This document shows positions 18,337 to 27,743 of a DNA stretch of 64,000 nt, piece by piece. Origin of the DNA: an uncultured Haloferula sp. (GTDB taxonomy: Bacteria; Verrucomicrobiota; Verrucomicrobiia; Verrucomicrobiales; Akkermansiaceae); contig CBFGTS010000001.1 of NCBI GenBank assembly GCA_965652295.1, positions 256,001-320,000 on the forward strand, written 5' to 3'. Each line of letters opens with the position of its first letter. Within the stretch, counting starts at the first letter, position 1. A program made the translations under genes and the position numbers. The notes beneath the pieces are model-generated. The model was not told the origin of the DNA. It made no database searches and saw nothing but the letters and a program-made list of their open reading frames with translations.

Positions 18337-19464
18337 GTGAGCAGCAAAGGCAAAAAGCCGGAGTGGGTGCCGGAGGATGACCACCACGGCACCTACGCCA
18401 GTGAGGTGAAACCCGGCGTGCCGGGGGGGCATGACGGTTTGCCGGGTAAAGGGATGGCGTTTTCCGCGGCACCGCGGAAACGTCATGCGGCGCTGACCGC
18501 GGATGAGGCGATCAGGGGAATCCTCTCTTCCAACAGAACCATCCTCGCCCGGGCGATCACCATGATCGAAAGCCGGGCGGCGACGCACCGGGAGGTGGCG
18601 GCGGAAATCCTGCGCGGGTGTTTGCCGCATTCGGGCCGATCGATCCGCATCGGCATCACCGGTGTGCCGGGCGCGGGGAAAAGCACCTTCATCGAGCGCT
18701 TCGGGCTGGATCTTTGCGAAGCGGGGCATCGCGTGGCGGTGTTGGCGGTCGATCCGACCAGCGCGGTCAGCGGTGGCAGCGTGCTGGGGGACAAGACACG
18801 GATGGAGGAGCTTTCGCGGCATCCCTCGTCCTTCATCCGGCCGTCACCGGCGGGCGGCACGCTGGGCGGGGTGGCGGCGCGCACGCGGGAAACGATGCTG
18901 CTGTGCGAGGCGGGGGGGTACGACGTGATCCTCGTCGAGACGGTCGGCGTCGGTCAGAGCGAGGTGGCCGTGCGGACGATGGTCGATTTTTTCCTACTGC
19001 TGCAGATCGCGGGTGCGGGCGACGAACTCCAGGGCATCAAGAAGGGCGTGATCGAAATGGCCGATGCGATCGTGGTCAACAAAGCCGACGGCGACAACCG
19101 GACCCGGGCGGAGATCGCGCGCGGCGAGTATGAGCGGGTGCTGCACTACCTTCATCCCTACACGCCGGGCTGGACGCCGCAGGCGCTTGCTTGCTCGGCG
19201 TTCGATGGCAGCGGCGTGACGGCGATCTGGGAAATGATCGAGGGATTCCGCGCGCAGTTGGAGGAAGCGGGAACCTGGACGGCGCGCCGGCACGAGCAGA
19301 ACGTGCAGTGGTTTCACTCGCTGCTGAAGGACGCGGTGCTGGCGAGATTCTTCGAGTCGGAAGCTGCGGAGGCGCTGCCCGCCCTCGAAACGGACGTCGC
19401 CAGCGGGAAGGTTTCTGTCACGGAAGCTGTGCATCGGCTTCTGGGAGGAAGCATCGTGGCCTGA
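18337..19464 (+). CDS. meaB: Methylmalonyl-CoA mutase-associated GTPase MeaB
   Basis: GITGVPGAGKST, AVDPTS, GDKTRM, ETVGVGQSE, GDELQGIKKG, NKAD. Confidence 0.95.
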   Translation: MSSKGKKPEWVPEDDHHGTYASEVKPGVPGGHDGLPGKGMAFSAAPRKRHAALTADEAIRGILSSNRTILARAITMIESRAATHREVAAEILRGCLPHSGRSIRIGITGVPGAGKSTFIERFGLDLCEAGHRVAVLAVDPTSAVSGGSVLGDKTRMEELSRHPSSFIRPSPAGGTLGGVAARTRETMLLCEAGGYDVILVETVGVGQSEVAVRTMVDFFLLLQIAGAGDELQGIKKGVIEMADAIVVNKADGDNRTRAEIARGEYERVLHYLHPYTPGWTPQALACSAFDGSGVTAIWEMIEGFRAQLEEAGTWTARRHEQNVQWFHSLLKDAVLARFFESEAAEALPALETDVASGKVSVTEAVHRLLGGSIVA

Positions 19465-19494
19465 GCGGGACTCTCATGTCCCAAGGGCGCTTCG

Positions 19495-20055
19495 TCACAC
19501 CCTGAGGCATCCGCGGAAACCACGGGCGGCGTAGTAGGACTCGGCACCATTGTGGTAGATGAAGGTGCGGCCGAAGCGGCGGTCGCCGAAGATCGCGCCG
19601 CCGAGCTTGCGGATGTCATCCGGAGTTTTCAGCCAGCTGGAGGTCTTCAGGTCGAATTCGCCGAGCGTCTGGAGCTGGTAGTATTGCTCCTCGGTGAGAA
19701 TTTCAACGCCCATGGCGGAGGCCATGCCCATGGCGCTGTTGCGCGGTTTGTGCTGCTTGCGGGATTCGAGTGCCTGCGGGTCGTAGCAGAGAGAAGTGCG
19801 GCCCTTGGGGCTTTCCGGCGAGCAGTCGAAGAAGAGGATTTCGCCGGTTTCGGGATCGCATCCAACGGCATCGGGCTGGCCGTCGGTTTCCTCCATGAGG
19901 TGGAGCGAGCGGAGCTTGGCGGGATGGTCTTCGAGGCGGGCCAGCACGGTTTCCCACTCGATGCCTTGGTGGCGATGCGGATTCTTGGCGAAGCGCTCTT
20001 TCAAGGTATCGAGCAGAGCCACCTGTTCGGTTTTGGAAAGATGTCGGCTTTTCAT
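19495..20055 (-). CDS. DUF4256-family protein
   Basis: DCSPESPKGRTSLCYD, FDLKTSSWL, YHNGAESYYAARGFRG recognised from family memory. Confidence 0.75.
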   Translation of the reverse strand: MKSRHLSKTEQVALLDTLKERFAKNPHRHQGIEWETVLARLEDHPAKLRSLHLMEETDGQPDAVGCDPETGEILFFDCSPESPKGRTSLCYDPQALESRKQHKPRNSAMGMASAMGVEILTEEQYYQLQTLGEFDLKTSSWLKTPDDIRKLGGAIFGDRRFGRTFIYHNGAESYYAARGFRGCLRV

Positions 20056-20250
20056 TTTTCCAAGGAAGAATCATCACACGGTTTCCAAGGGCAAGGCAAT
20101 CCGTGGGCAGGGTGATCAAGTCTGGGAGAATGGTGAGCACCAACCATTCCGATTTCCCCGCAGATGAACGCTGATGCAGACATCCAGGTTTCCAAGTTGC
20201 TTTTTCCATCACCGATGCGCGGGTGCCTGGCAGACAAAGGAGTGAGGCCA

Positions 20251-21672
20251 CTAGAGCAGCCACCAGGCGAGCAGGGTGAGCAGGACGGCGAAGACGAGGT
20301 TGAGCACCAGCCCGGCCCGCATCATCTGGCGCTGGGTGACGAGGCCGGAGCCGAAGACGATGGCGTTCGGCGGGGTGGCGATGGGGAGCATGAAGGCACA
20401 GGAGGCGGCCAGGGCGATGGGGAGGACGAGGGCTTTCGGCGGAAACCCCATGTCGGCGGCCACGGCGGCGAAGATGGGGACCATGAGCGCGGTGCTCGCG
20501 GTGTTGCTGGAGAGTTCGGTGAGGAAAATCATGAAGAGGACGAGGGCGCCGATGAGCAGGATGGGCGGCCAGGTTTCAGCAAAGCCGCGCAGGCGGTCGG
20601 CGAGGTAGGCGCTGGCTCCGGTGACGCCGAGAATCTTGCTGAGGGTCAGACCGCCGCCGAAGAGCAGCAGCACGCCCCAGTCGGTGGCGCTTTCGATGTC
20701 GCGCCAATCGACCAGTCGGGCGAGGGCGAGGATCAGCAACGCGGAAACGGCGACGACGGTGTCGAAGGACGAATCGATGCCGAAGAACCGGGCGAGGGGA
20801 TCGCCGCCAAGCCAGGCGGCAATGGCGGCGAGGAAGATCGCGAGCGTGGCGATGCGGGGGCGGGTGAAGTCAAAGGTCCGGGCGGAGACCTCGAAACGCG
20901 GAATGTTTCCGGGCCGGGTGACGAACCTCAGGAGGACGAAGAGGACGGGCAGCAGGAGAGCCACGACCGGAAGCCCGATGGCCAGCCACTGGCTGAAGCC
21001 GATCTTGAGATTGGCCGCGGCAATGGCGTTCGGCGGGCTGCCGATCAGGGTGCCCATGCCGCCGATGCCGGCCGAATAGGCGATCCCCAGGAGAAGGTAG
21101 GGAGCGGCGCGTGAAAAGCTGGCATCGTCCTCGCGCTCGCGGATGGTGGCGAGGACGCCGACCGCGACGGGAAGGAGCAGGGCCACGGTGGCCGTGTTCG
21201 ATACCCACATGGAGAGAGCGGCCGAGACCAGGAAAAGAGCGATGGCGGTGGTGTGGAAACGCCCGCGGCCGACGAGCAGGATGCGACCGGCGATCCAGCG
21301 GTCGAGCCCCTGCCGCGAGAGCGAGGCGGCGAGCCCGAAGCCGCCGAGGAAGAGGAAGATGAGCGGATGGGAAAAGCCGGAGAAGGCGGCGGTGACATCG
21401 AGCGTCGCGGTGAGGGAGGCGACGACCGGAACCAGAATGGCGGTGAGGGCGAGGGGCAGTGCCTCGGTGAGCCAGAGGATCGCGGCGAGGGCGAGGATGG
21501 CGAGGCCCTTGCGCACGTTGTCGGGATCGGTGCCATCCGGCAGCTCGCCAAGGGGCAGCCGGTGGCGAATGAGGAAGAACAGCAGAAACCCGGCCGCGAC
21601 CGTGAGCTGCTTGCCGAACCGGAAAGCCGGAGCGTCGCTCGTCGCGGGCGCGGGTGGTCCATTCCCCTTCAC
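20251..21672 (-). CDS. SLC13/DASS Na+-coupled dicarboxylate/anion symporter
   Basis: Two SNT motifs (MWVSNTAT, ELSSNTAS), GSPPNAI, MLPIATPPNAIV; many TM helices. Confidence 0.9.
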   Translation of the reverse strand: MKGNGPPAPATSDAPAFRFGKQLTVAAGFLLFFLIRHRLPLGELPDGTDPDNVRKGLAILALAAILWLTEALPLALTAILVPVVASLTATLDVTAAFSGFSHPLIFLFLGGFGLAASLSRQGLDRWIAGRILLVGRGRFHTTAIALFLVSAALSMWVSNTATVALLLPVAVGVLATIREREDDASFSRAAPYLLLGIAYSAGIGGMGTLIGSPPNAIAAANLKIGFSQWLAIGLPVVALLLPVLFVLLRFVTRPGNIPRFEVSARTFDFTRPRIATLAIFLAAIAAWLGGDPLARFFGIDSSFDTVVAVSALLILALARLVDWRDIESATDWGVLLLFGGGLTLSKILGVTGASAYLADRLRGFAETWPPILLIGALVLFMIFLTELSSNTASTALMVPIFAAVAADMGFPPKALVLPIALAASCAFMLPIATPPNAIVFGSGLVTQRQMMRAGLVLNLVFAVLLTLLAWWLL

Positions 21673-21901
21673 CCTGATAGAGAAACGACAAGTCGAGCCT
21701 CAGGCCAAGCGTAACCGAGAAGACGCGGATGTTTTCACAGGAAGTCGATGTGATCCTCTATGCGTGTTTCACTCGCGGGCACCCACTCGTGAGAAAAGAG
21801 GAGTGCGCCCCTTGTCTCGTTGTCTATTTGGGCCGAGGTCGGCTACACCTTTAAACGCCCGCTCGCGCGCCCTTGTCCAAGCGTGCGATGATCGCCGAGT
21901 C

Positions 21902-22537
21902 TCACGGCTCCGTCTTTTCGCGTGCGGACCTATTCCGCCGGGCAAAAAGGAAGAGCAGCGCGCCGGACCCCAAGGCGCAGGCCTCCGGCTCCGGGACGGC
22001 CGTGTAGGCGACGAGATTGTCGATGCCGTAGATGTCGTTAGCACTTCCGGCATCGCTGATCGTGAAGGTGGTGAACGGCGTGTCGCTGATAAATCCCCGG
22101 AACTCGGTCGTGTCCGTCGTGGGCATCGAGAAGGTGATGTTTGCATCCCCGGTAGCGGCCGTGAACGTGTGCCCAACGCCCTGCGAACGCGGATTCACCT
22201 GGAAACCAAAGGCAATGACCGCCGAATCGAAGGTGAACGTGACAGGCCGGCTTTCGTTGACCTGGAACCGGAGATATCCAGTGCCGTCGATGGTATTCGT
22301 TAAATTCGAATTCGGAAATGCTGCGATGGCATTCCCGGAAATTACAACATCGGTCCGGGTGATGGTCGAACCGACCTTGGAGCCTGTGTCCAGATCGTCG
22401 GTGAACTCCACGGTGCCTGCTGCCTGAGCGGCGGTCGTGAAAGCCGACTCGGTGGTGTGGAGAGAGAGGGCGCCGTGAGAGGAGATGGCCGACAAAGCGA
22501 CCGCAGAACAAAAGCAGAAGGAGAAACACAAACGCAT
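21902..22537 (-). CDS. PEP-CTERM-type sorted surface protein
   Basis: Signal peptide; C-terminal VPEP, hydrophobic stretch and RRNR. Confidence 0.8.
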   Translation of the reverse strand: MRLCFSFCFCSAVALSAISSHGALSLHTTESAFTTAAQAAGTVEFTDDLDTGSKVGSTITRTDVVISGNAIAAFPNSNLTNTIDGTGYLRFQVNESRPVTFTFDSAVIAFGFQVNPRSQGVGHTFTAATGDANITFSMPTTDTTEFRGFISDTPFTTFTISDAGSANDIYGIDNLVAYTAVPEPEACALGSGALLFLFARRNRSAREKTEP

Positions 22538-22809
22538 AGGGCATGGCAGGTCATTCGGAAGACGCTGTCAAACGAAAGCCTTCAGGAGTAGTTTTTCTTT
22601 TGAAGCGCGGGTCCGCGACGGTTAGATGCAGGTTACTGCTTCGTTGATCGCAGGATGTAGGATCAATCCAAGAGCCCTTTCCTTATTCGGTCGAAACTCC
22701 TTCAGGAGAAGCTCGAAACAGCTATCAACATGGGTCAAAACCTTCTCCTCCTCGCTCGACGCGGGATGGCTGAAGGAGGCAGGGCGTTCTTACCGAGCTA
22801 CGGTAAAGG

Positions 22810-23250
22810 TCATCCGCGGAGCGCTCCGGAGATCCGGGGGCGGGTCAGGCCGTGGAGGACCATCAGCGCGACGGTGGTGCCGTGGGGGAAATTCACCAGG
22901 CTGAGACAGGCGGTGAGGGCCACCCAGGTTCGTCCGCGGTTCTTGAGGCAGCAGATGCCGGCGGAGATCATGAGGAGGCCGATGATCCAGCCGAACATCA
23001 CCTGGAAGGACATGTAGGCGGCGAGAAGTTTGTTGAACCAGCCTCCGTGGGGGCTGCCGAAGGCGCTGTAGATTTCGGCGGGACTCATGATGGCGGTGGC
23101 GTTGACGGTCCAGGCCTGGATCATGGTGAGAAGCGAAAAGAGGACGGTCAGGACGCCGGCGACGATCTGGAGTTGGCCCACGAAGTAGAGGTAGCCTTCG
23201 CCGGGCTGGAAGGAGCGCACGGAGGGCGTGTGAGGGAGAGTTGCATTCAT
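22810..23250 (-). CDS. Hypothetical membrane protein
   Basis: Three to four hydrophobic segments; FPHGT motif near the C-terminus. Confidence 0.65.
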   Translation of the reverse strand: MNATLPHTPSVRSFQPGEGYLYFVGQLQIVAGVLTVLFSLLTMIQAWTVNATAIMSPAEIYSAFGSPHGGWFNKLLAAYMSFQVMFGWIIGLLMISAGICCLKNRGRTWVALTACLSLVNFPHGTTVALMVLHGLTRPRISGALRG

Positions 23251-23441
23251 GGCGGTTCGAGTTCGGATTCGACCGGGCAAGGTGAACCCGTTTTGCATTT
23301 CATGCTACCGGAAGTTCACGGGCGGGGCCGCATGTCTTCCCGTTGTTGGAGATCCGATCCTCGCAGAGCAACGGAATGGGTTCCCCCATCACGTAGGCCG
23401 GACGTTCTTGTCGGAGCCTTTCGCCGGGCTAGCTTGGCGGA

Positions 23442-24593
23442 GTGCGATGGATGTTCCTGATGCTGTTTCTTTCCGTTGTCCTCGCCGAAGGACGGGTGTG
23501 GACGGACCGCGGCGGCCGGCAGTTCGAGGCGGAACTGGTAGGAGGATCCGGCGATGAACTGGTGATGGAGTTGGCCGGTGGAAAGCGGTTCAGCTTTTCC
23601 CTGAAGAATCTCTCCGCAGAAGATCAGACGTTCATCGCGGGCAGCGTCAGGGCCGTGAGCCAGGCCGAGCGCGGATCCAACTTGAGATCGCCCTGGCCGG
23701 ACGAGATCCGGCTGAGAGCAAGAAGCCGGGTGTCGGTGGTGGAGGAGAACCGGGATTCGGCGAGATATGTCTATGAAAGCGATCACTACCGTTTCTTGTG
23801 CAACGTGCGGCTGACCCGCGATGTGATCGAGAACTTCGCGGTGCTGTTCGAGACGACGTATGAGTTCTGTCAGGCGCTGCCGTTGGAGCTGCTGCGCTCG
23901 GGCGGCGGGTCGCGGCTTGAGGTGATCCTGCTGGAAACCGAGGAGGACTATTTCCGTGCGGGCGGGTCCCTGGGTTCGGTGGGATGCTTTTTTCCCGCCA
24001 CGCGACGGGTGATGGCTCCGCTCTCAAGTTTGGGCGTCGCCAAAATAGCTGGCGGTTACCGGCTGGACCGCGAGCGGGTGAACATGGTGTTGGTCCATGA
24101 ACTGACCCACCAACTCACACCGGATGCCTACTACCAGCCGGGGGTGAGAGGGTGGTTCTGCGAAGGGCTGGCCGAGTATGTGGCCACGACCCCTTATCTG
24201 TGGGGCTACTTCGATGTCGATCCGCACGGAAACGCGGCGAAGGCTTATGTTTCGGCCCACGGTTTGAAGCAGAACTTTGGCAGAGTGCTGGGAACGGAAA
24301 TCGCGGTGCCGCCCGTGGAGGCTTTCATGAACCAGGCGTATTCGAGCTTTTCCGGCGGCGCGGCCAATCGGAATTACGGACTCGGGCTCCTGATGGTGCA
24401 CCATTTCTTCCATTTCGACGGCCAAGGGGATGCGAGACGGATCCGGGCATTTCTTAATGCTCTGAACCGTCGGCAACCGATGGAGACGGCGATGGCGGCG
24501 CTGCTGGACGGGCGGACCTTCAAGCAGGTGGAGCAGGAGATCGCCGCGGCGTGGAGGGCGAAGGGGTTGACGATCCGGTTTCCGGAGTCGTGA
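23442..24593 (+). CDS. Secreted SHD1-like plus gluzincin-type metallopeptidase-like protein
   Basis: WTDRGGRQFEAEL...LSAEDQ (SHD1-like); HELTH and downstream EGLAEY. Confidence 0.7.
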   Translation: MRWMFLMLFLSVVLAEGRVWTDRGGRQFEAELVGGSGDELVMELAGGKRFSFSLKNLSAEDQTFIAGSVRAVSQAERGSNLRSPWPDEIRLRARSRVSVVEENRDSARYVYESDHYRFLCNVRLTRDVIENFAVLFETTYEFCQALPLELLRSGGGSRLEVILLETEEDYFRAGGSLGSVGCFFPATRRVMAPLSSLGVAKIAGGYRLDRERVNMVLVHELTHQLTPDAYYQPGVRGWFCEGLAEYVATTPYLWGYFDVDPHGNAAKAYVSAHGLKQNFGRVLGTEIAVPPVEAFMNQAYSSFSGGAANRNYGLGLLMVHHFFHFDGQGDARRIRAFLNALNRRQPMETAMAALLDGRTFKQVEQEIAAAWRAKGLTIRFPES

Positions 24594-24606
24594 CCCTCCG
24601 GGCTCC

Positions 24607-25239
24607 TCAGCGTTGGAGCACGATGAGGTGGTTGTTGAAGGGGGTGCCGCCCCAGAGGGGAGAAATACGGACCTCGCCGTAGTTGGAGAGGATGCGTTGG
24701 AGGTCGGGGCCGCTGGGGTAGTGGGTGGGGGCGGCTTTCATCCAGAAGGTGCATTTGGCGAGGAGATCGCCGGCGACGGTGGCGCGGTAGCGCCAGGAAT
24801 CGCCCCGCAGGCACGAGCGGATCACCAGTTTGCCGCCGGGAGCGACGCGTGCGGCGGCGAACTGGAGGAGGGTCTCGATTTCCTCCGGGGTGAAGAACTG
24901 GAGGATGTCGAGGATGGTGACGTTGCCGCGGTGATCGGGCAGGCCTTGGCGGGCGTCGTGGAAGGCGAAGCTGAGGTCCTGGAGTCCGCGCTCGGTCGAG
25001 AGGCGGTTGGCTTCGTCGATTTTACGGCGGTCGTAGTCGAGGGAGTGGATCGGGACCTGCACGCCTTTTTCCCGCAGGAAGAACGCGAGCACGCCGAGGC
25101 CGCAGCCGAGGTCGAGGAGGGGCAGCGGGCTGTCTCCGATCTCGGCCAGAACGGCCTCGTAGAGGGGATCGGAGCGGAGTTTGGCGGCAACGTAGTGGCC
25201 GTCCCAAGTCCGGCGGAGGCGGGAGTAGACGGCATTCAT
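24607..25239 (-). CDS. Class I SAM-dependent methyltransferase
   Basis: LDLGCGLG motif I, APGGKL; ATGA overlap with the upstream GT2 stop. Confidence 0.85.
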   Translation of the reverse strand: MNAVYSRLRRTWDGHYVAAKLRSDPLYEAVLAEIGDSPLPLLDLGCGLGVLAFFLREKGVQVPIHSLDYDRRKIDEANRLSTERGLQDLSFAFHDARQGLPDHRGNVTILDILQFFTPEEIETLLQFAAARVAPGGKLVIRSCLRGDSWRYRATVAGDLLAKCTFWMKAAPTHYPSGPDLQRILSNYGEVRISPLWGGTPFNNHLIVLQR

Positions 25240-26009
25240 CGTTCGTGCGGAGGACTGAGGTGGAGGAGGGGATTGGGACCGCGCAGGAGAAGCCAGGGGA
25301 GGCGTGCGAGGAAACCCAGGAAAAGCCTGAGGTGCATCCAGGTGAGAAGGGTGTTGTCCCGCAGATAACGGAACTGCGAGACGCCTCCTTGCTCCGCGCT
25401 GAGATAAAGCACGGGGGTGGGCAGGTTGATGATGGGGATGCCCTTCCAGGCGAGGCGGACGGCGACTTCGGGATCGAAATCGAAGCGGCGGGCGAAGGGG
25501 GTTTCGCCGAAGACGTCGAGCAGCGGGCGGATGGGATAGACACGCATGCCGAAGAGCGAGTCGTCGATGCCCCAACCAAGGGTTTCGAGATTGGCCCAGA
25601 AGTTGGAGATCTTGCGGCCGTTGACGCGGAGGGCGGGCGCGGAGGCGTCGAAGACGGGTCGGCCGAGCACGGTGGCCTCGGGATGACGGTGGACGATTTC
25701 CGCGAAGCGGGGCACGGCGTCGGCGGGATGCTGGCCGTCGGCATCCATGCACAGGGCGTGGGTGAAACCGAGTTCGGCGGCGTGGCGGATGCCTGCGAGG
25801 ACGGCGTTGCCCTTGCCGGCATTGGGGAAAAGACGGAGGACGGTGAGATCGGCGGAGAGCGATTCGAGGCCGGCGTCAGAGCCATCCGTGGAGCCATCGA
25901 TCACGACCAGGACCGGAACGCCGGTGCCCAGGGCGCCTGTGACGGTTTCGCGCAGGAGGGGCCCGGTGTTGTAGGATGGGATGAGGATGGTGAGGCGCGG
26001 CGCTGCCAT
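25236..26009 (-). CDS. Glycosyltransferase family 2
   Basis: IPSYN, IDGSTD, GKGNA, DADGQH. Confidence 0.88.
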   Translation of the reverse strand: MAAPRLTILIPSYNTGPLLRETVTGALGTGVPVLVVIDGSTDGSDAGLESLSADLTVLRLFPNAGKGNAVLAGIRHAAELGFTHALCMDADGQHPADAVPRFAEIVHRHPEATVLGRPVFDASAPALRVNGRKISNFWANLETLGWGIDDSLFGMRVYPIRPLLDVFGETPFARRFDFDPEVAVRLAWKGIPIINLPTPVLYLSAEQGGVSQFRYLRDNTLLTWMHLRLFLGFLARLPWLLLRGPNPLLHLSPPHER

Positions 26010-26119
26010 GGACAGGGACCTTGTAGGGGGCGGGGAGGTGCAGCGACAAGCGCCGAGGGGGATTGCTGACTGAATCGTGGTTCGACTCCCGCCCGGGATA
26101 CGCCAAAGGTGGGGCTGCC

Positions 26120-26485
26120 ATGCGAGCGCGATTGTCCAAGATCTTCCATTTCGAAGCCGCCCACACGCTGCCGACTTTGCCGGAGGGGCATCCTTGCCGA
26201 CAGATGCACGGCCACAGCTTCAAGGTGGTGATCCACGTCGAGGGTGAGGTGAATGAGGCGATCGGATGGGTTTACGATCACAAGGAGATCACGAAGGCGA
26301 TGGAGCCGTTGCTCGACTTGCTCGATCACGCCTACCTGAACGACATCGAGGGGCTGGAGGGGCCGACGATCGAGCGGATCGCGGCGTGGTTCTGGCGGAA
26401 GCTCGATCCGGTGCTGCCGGGCTTGAAGGAGATCTGCGTGCATGAGACGCCGAATTCGAGCTGCTCGTTTTACGGGGAGTTCTGA
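26120..26485 (+). CDS. queD: 6-carboxytetrahydropterin synthase
   Basis: FEAAH, CRQMHGHS, LDHAYLNDI, PTIE, ET. Confidence 0.92.
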   Translation: MRARLSKIFHFEAAHTLPTLPEGHPCRQMHGHSFKVVIHVEGEVNEAIGWVYDHKEITKAMEPLLDLLDHAYLNDIEGLEGPTIERIAAWFWRKLDPVLPGLKEICVHETPNSSCSFYGEF

Positions 26486-26505
26486 AATCTCCGACGGCCG
26501 GGGAT

Positions 26506-26520
26506 TGGTGCGCGGCCTGC
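26506..26520 (+). promoter_or_regulatory. Candidate sigma54 promoter of AI-2E/YihY genes
   Basis: TGGTGCGCGGCCTGC (GG-N10-GC), 13 nt before ATG. Confidence 0.3.
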
Positions 26521-26533
26521 GAGGGGAGAGGGC

Positions 26534-27739
26534 ATGATTCCCGAGGAAGCGGTCGCGGGCGAGGCCGTTGAAGAAGAGAGTTTCGCCGACCGGAGATCGA
26601 GGTTCTGCAGTCTGCGGGACTCGGTGAATGTGATCAGCGTTTCGCAGGTCGGGTTGTTCATTCTGGCGCTGGCCTGGGTGCTCCACCAGAGCAAGGCGGT
26701 GCTGTTGCCTGTGGTGCTGGCGGCTCTGGTTTCGCTGGTGCTTTATCCGGTCTATCAGGCATTCCGGCGGCTCCGGTTGCCACGGATGATGGCCTCCCTG
26801 GTGACGGTGGCGGGGCTGGTGGGATTGCTGGGTTTCGGCACCTATCAGGTCGTCGAACCGGGTTCGCAGTGGATGGAATCGATTGATCGGGAGGTGGTCT
26901 CGCGGCGGATGCAGGAGGTCTTCCGGCCGATGCAGGAGGTGCAGAACGAGATCAAGGAGATGGCGAACCAGATGGAATCGGTGACCAGGGCACGTTCTCC
27001 GGGGAATGCGGAAAGCAACGGTGCTTCGGGGAGTGAGGTGCAGGTTGCAATCGAGGAGGAAAGAGGCTCCGTCGCGGAGGCGTCTGCCGGGGAGGACACG
27101 GGCCCGGTGGAGGTGCGGATCCGGGAGGATCCGCTGGATGCGGTGGTGAGGAGCACGCAGGAATTCGGAGTGGGGACGGTCGCTTTCATTTTCATCGTCC
27201 TGTTCAATCTGGCGTATGGAAACCGGATCCTGCGGCGGCTGAGCGAGGGCGATCACACGGCGGCGATCTTCGAACGGATGGGGGTCGACGTGGCGCGGTA
27301 TCTTTTCACCATCACGGCGATCAATTTCTGTCTCGGCGTGGCGATCGGGCTGGCGATGTGGGCGCTGGGGATGCCGAACCCGGCGCTGTGGGGGGTGCTG
27401 GGCATGGTGCTGAACTTCATCCCTTACCTCGGCGCGCTGACCGGGACGGGATTTGTGTTTCTGGCGGCGGCAGCCAGTTTTGACAGTGCGACTCATGTGT
27501 TGATGGTGCCTCTGGCTTACTTCAGTCTCACCGCGATGGAGGGAAATCTGATCACGCCGTTGGTGCTGGGCGAGCGCTTCCGATTGAACCCGCTGATCGT
27601 CTTTCTCTGGATTTTTGCCTGGGCGGGGTTCTGGGGGGTGGCGGGGATGTTGATTGCCATGCCGGCCTTGGTGACCTTCAAGATCGTTTGCGAAAACACG
27701 GCCACCATGGAGCGCTTCCGGCGGGTGCTAACCGCGTGA
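26534..27739 (+). CDS. AI-2E family transporter
   Basis: LNFIPYLG, EGNLITPLVLG, LNPL, WGVAGMLIAMP. Confidence 0.9.
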   Translation: MIPEEAVAGEAVEEESFADRRSRFCSLRDSVNVISVSQVGLFILALAWVLHQSKAVLLPVVLAALVSLVLYPVYQAFRRLRLPRMMASLVTVAGLVGLLGFGTYQVVEPGSQWMESIDREVVSRRMQEVFRPMQEVQNEIKEMANQMESVTRARSPGNAESNGASGSEVQVAIEEERGSVAEASAGEDTGPVEVRIREDPLDAVVRSTQEFGVGTVAFIFIVLFNLAYGNRILRRLSEGDHTAAIFERMGVDVARYLFTITAINFCLGVAIGLAMWALGMPNPALWGVLGMVLNFIPYLGALTGTGFVFLAAAASFDSATHVLMVPLAYFSLTAMEGNLITPLVLGERFRLNPLIVFLWIFAWAGFWGVAGMLIAMPALVTFKIVCENTATMERFRRVLTA

Positions 27740-27743
27740 TGCC

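Noticed and set aside
22566..22627. Integron attC-like site (GTCAAAC...GCCTTCA/TGAAGC...GTTAGAT)
   Set aside because: R boxes are mismatched, L'-R' spacing is too long, and there is no second site or integrase.
22626..23017. Small plus-strand ORFs in the gap after the PEP-CTERM gene
   Set aside because: No motif, atypical codons and overlap with a better minus-strand gene.
25240..25752. Long N-terminal extension of the methyltransferase ORF
   Set aside because: Arg/Pro-rich alternative frame inside the GT2 gene; the real start overlaps the GT2 stop.
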